The notes under the pieces are model-generated. The model searched no databases and was not told where the DNA came from. It saw only the letters and a list, made by a program, of their open reading frames with translations. DNA of 54,445 bases from Callorhinchus milii (Eukaryota). Of this stretch, positions 51,314 to 54,445 are shown piece by piece (the first letter of the stretch is position 1; the number at the start of each line of letters is the position of its first letter). The DNA is taken from NCBI RefSeq assembly GCF_018977255.1, contig NW_024705322.1, positions 1 to 54,445 on the forward strand, read 5' to 3'. Both the position numbers and the translations under genes were made by a program.

Positions 51314-52577
51314 CAATATTATTTTTTGCGTCCCACTGTCAGTCCAGTGCTGTGTCGGCCAAGGGTGTTGTTTTACGATGCCGCATCGTGCCGCCGATCT
51401 GTGTGGTAGTTGTTTATAATAAGCGCTGTTAACAGACACTTTAAAAAAAAATATTTTATATGTGTGTTTTTATTGTAATTAAAGAACCCAGAATACAAAG
51501 TATGTTTCGACAAGGGGGTGGGGGGGGGGGCGAAACCAGCAAATTATATGAAAGAAACCCGGCGCGATGCACCCTCTAATTAGGGATCGATCGGGGAAGG
51601 GGTGATGGGGGGGGGTCTGGGGGAGGACTCAATGCCCTACAGCGGTAGAGGGGTAACGATTGGGAGCAAGGGGTATTTATGGCAGAGGGGAAGAAGGTGG
51701 TGGGAGGGGGGAATGTAACCAAACAGAACCGGAAATAAAATAACATAAACGCGATGTCCTAGCAAGCACGGTTTAACGGCAGCATGACACGGGGGTACTT
51801 TGGCCAGCGCCATAACTGACCGCCTTCTTCTGCCCAGTGCAGGCGTTCACACATTCGCCCCAGCTACTCATTTCAGGCCGATTTAACCTCGGGGAAGGCC
51901 CATGACAGCTTCTGGGTACCACTCGCGCGGTGGTTTCATCCACAACGTGCTTTGAACTCGGCAAGACTCCCGACGATGGATAACATCAGTTTGGAAAGTG
52001 GTCTCAGCACCAGTTTTGCGCTCTCTCCCAGCTTGAGCCAGCAGTGTTGCAACCATCTCGACTGGGAAGGCAAAGGAGGTTGGGCATTGTCCTGGCCACA
52101 CAATTGCTTTATGTTCATTGTGTGTGTGTGTGTTTAGTTGTCCCACCTGCCCGCACCGCGATTAGATGTTGGCTACGTACGGTGAGAGAGAAGTTTAACA
52201 TGCATACTTGTGCAAAACTAGCTACTACTCGTCAAGAAAAATTAGAGAATCTATCGAATTTAAATAAATAAAAATAAGTTTAACCGTTCGGATAGCTAAC
52301 TGCCTTACTGCTGCGTGGAAGCGAATCATCAAATAACACGTTATTTAAATGCATTCCTGCAATGGGCAGCATACTGCAATAGGGATTACCGTTGGTACGG
52401 CTATGTTAATACACACAATAGACAGGAAGGACAAGTTCAAAGGGCTCGCATAATGCATAATGTACGTTACTTCAGTAATCCCCCCCCACGTGGCGCAAGA
52501 GCGCAGAAGCGTGGTCACCACATCTACGCCTCTACATAAGGAATGAAACAGTTGGACTTCTCCACAAATCTGGCTGT

Positions 52578-52618
52578 CGCCTGATGAAGCTAGTTGTAAT
52601 TACTGGCAAAACGTCGTA
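52578..52618 (+). ncRNA. Degenerate minimal hammerhead (subfamily B; GAAA changed to AAAA)
   Basis: CUGAUGA-A-GCUAGU/uguaauu/ACUGGC-AAAA-CG-UC-GUAC. Confidence 0.5.
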
Positions 52619-54009
52619 CTCAGATTGCAAATGTTGTGGCTTGGCTCTCCAACACACCGGTGTGCTGTACTGGTGAGGAATTGTCATGTTCTCTTTACGT
52701 GACAAACCTTACTAGTTGGCTGTGTCTGGTGGTGGCGGGTTTTTAATGACACATTTATATATTTACACGATCTAACAGAGGACCCCATCTGGAGGCCCCT
52801 GGAACCTGCTAGCAGGTTCGAGAAGGGAGGCGCGGTCAGGGCGGAGCCAGGCCGCGCTGGGAGCATAAAAGGAGCCGAGCGTGGGAGCTAAAGGCTGCCG
52901 GTTCTGGGAGTGGACTCGTCTCGTCGTCGCTATCGTGTCGTCGCCGTCATCGCTCAACGTCTCCGCTAGACATTGAGCTACAAAGGATAGTAGTTGGCTA
53001 TCTCAGTCAGGGCCGTCAGTGTTCGACGGCTAGTATTGTGTTCAGGCTAGGCTAAGTTACTTTGGGGAGTGTGCGGACGTGAGCGTGAAAGTTGTTATTT
53101 AGAAAGTGCCTCCGAGAAACTTCGTCTCTGAATCGTAGACACTCCACGAGCATTAAAACGTACTCGCTAACAGCACTCTTCTATGGCTGTATGTGGGGGG
53201 AGGGGATCTTCATCTCACGTCTTTTTTTGCATGAAAGAGGTTGAGGATTATTTGACTTGCGAGTCGTGGGAGCCGTACTTTACTGCCACATTGAAGTGCC
53301 TTCACGTTGCATGTCGCGTATCACATGACGCGTAAATAATGTGTGCGTATGATCATGTTGATTTTGTGTGGGTTTATTAACAAAGTGCTTTATTCGTCTC
53401 CGGTTTAGGACGCCCCCACAAATGTAATTCCTTGTCTTTGTTGCTGCTGATGCCCTGTCATTTCTTCTAATAAAAATACTGAAATATATGATATATATAT
53501 AGGTTTTAGTCACTCCGACATTGTAAACATTGACTTGTGAGTTTTTACGACAACGTTACCTTTTTCCACACTTTCATTGACTTTTTCAAAGCGTGCATAA
53601 AACATAGTTTCGTCATACGCATTGCACTGTTACGCGTGTGTAGTCGCAGCGACCTTTTGATTAAGAAGCCTAATTACAGGGACCGACTCTCTTTCAGCAG
53701 TAGTCCTAGCAGGAGTCCGAGCAGGAGTCCTCTTGCCAGTAACATTAGATAAACAAGCAGCATTTTTCTTTAAAAAACAGACTGCTGGTGGAACCCAGAA
53801 GGTCTTGAACTGCTGCAGAGCTTGCTTATCTTAAACAAATACCGTGTCAACAAAAAATGGTCAGGAGCCGCCAATAGGCTGATTGACTAAAATACATATT
53901 TTTAAAATTAAGGTTCTGCGTATATTTGTCATTGCTCATTATATCTCTGTAAATCACAACGCTAAAGCCTGACCAGTCCCACGAGATCGCAGCTCCACCT
54001 TAACGAACG

Positions 54010-54264
54010 AGTGCTGTTAGCGAATACGTGCTCCAGCCGCACCGAACCTCACAATGACTTCACCCACCCTCAACCAGTATATACACAAGGACTGTTTTCT
54101 TGGAATTTCTCTTACTTGATGCAGCAGTCGTGCTGTGACGGTTCCACCTGAAGACGGAGGCTTGTGTTGCCTCCGAAACGTCGTGATTTTTATTTTATTT
54201 TACTTTTATTAATTTAAATTTAATTTTTTTACCTACATGACTTTACCGAAAAAACCTAAGAATA
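54010..54264 (+). mobile_element. Family A pLTR with hammerhead motif
   Basis: Matches 6120-6260 and the family A 3' end. TSD ttaacgaacg at 54000-54009 and 54265-54274. Confidence 0.8.
54145..54185 (+). ncRNA. Minimal type I hammerhead ribozyme motif
   Basis: CAC-CUGAAGA-C-GGAGGC/uuguguu/GCCUCC-GAAA-CG-UC-GUG, with a perfect stem II. Confidence 0.75.
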
Positions 54265-54357
54265 TTAACGAACGGTATCCCCTCTCCTGGCCCCGCTCTC
54301 TGTCCCGGTCCCTCACCCCCCTAACACCCTCCCCCGATCCCTCCATGGTCCCCACAG

Positions 54358-54445
54358 ACAAACGACGCCTTGGAAGCACGTGGAACTGGCTCTACTTTGT
54401 GCCGCTCATCATACTCGGCTCCTTCTTCATGCTCACCTCGTCCTG
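54358..54445 (+). CDS. CACNA1A: Next Cav2 alpha-1 exon (IS6 helix, equivalent to exon 7), cut by the window end, with two apparent 1-nt deletions
   Basis: ccctaac branch point at ~54319-54325, pyrimidine tract and cacag| at 54357. Phase 0 matches the previous exon. Reads TNDAL(G)[20 protein letters not shown](N)LVL after restoring one G near 54373 and one A near 54435. Confidence 0.9.

Larger units (their letters stand above)
37910..54357 (+). other. GT-AG intron (16.4 kb) between the two Cav2 exons
   Basis: Canonical splice sites. The protein is continuous across the junction (..ILYN|TNDA..) as in known Cav2 genes. Confidence 0.85.

Noticed and set aside
52682..53180. Possible solo LTR (tgtca start, cataaaagg TATA-like box)
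   Set aside because: No clear 3' ..aca end, TSD or second copy was identified.

Overview
Animal (vertebrate-type, plausibly lamprey-like; species is inference only) genomic DNA that is mostly intron of a + strand Cav2 voltage-gated calcium channel alpha-1 gene (CACNA1A/B/E family). Two exons are visible: 37716-37909 (domain I pore loop) and 54358 to the window end (IS6, with two 1-nt deletions). The native parts (1-20500 and ~36832-54445) are dense in transposon remnants: Penelope-like pLTR insertions with 10-13 bp target-site duplications and minimal type I hammerhead ribozyme motifs (three subfamilies, covarying stem II), a 5'-truncated HERO/R2-group retroelement whose 3' UTR holds a candidate non-circularly permuted hammerhead, Helentron/DINE-1-like and Helitron elements, MITEs, tRNA-derived SINEs, RTE/L2 fragments and a 22-bp minisatellite. 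The ~16.3 kb block 20531-~36831, which follows a 30-N gap, has no recognisable repeats, genes or native sequence texture. It looks shuffled or synthetic, so no biology is claimed there.
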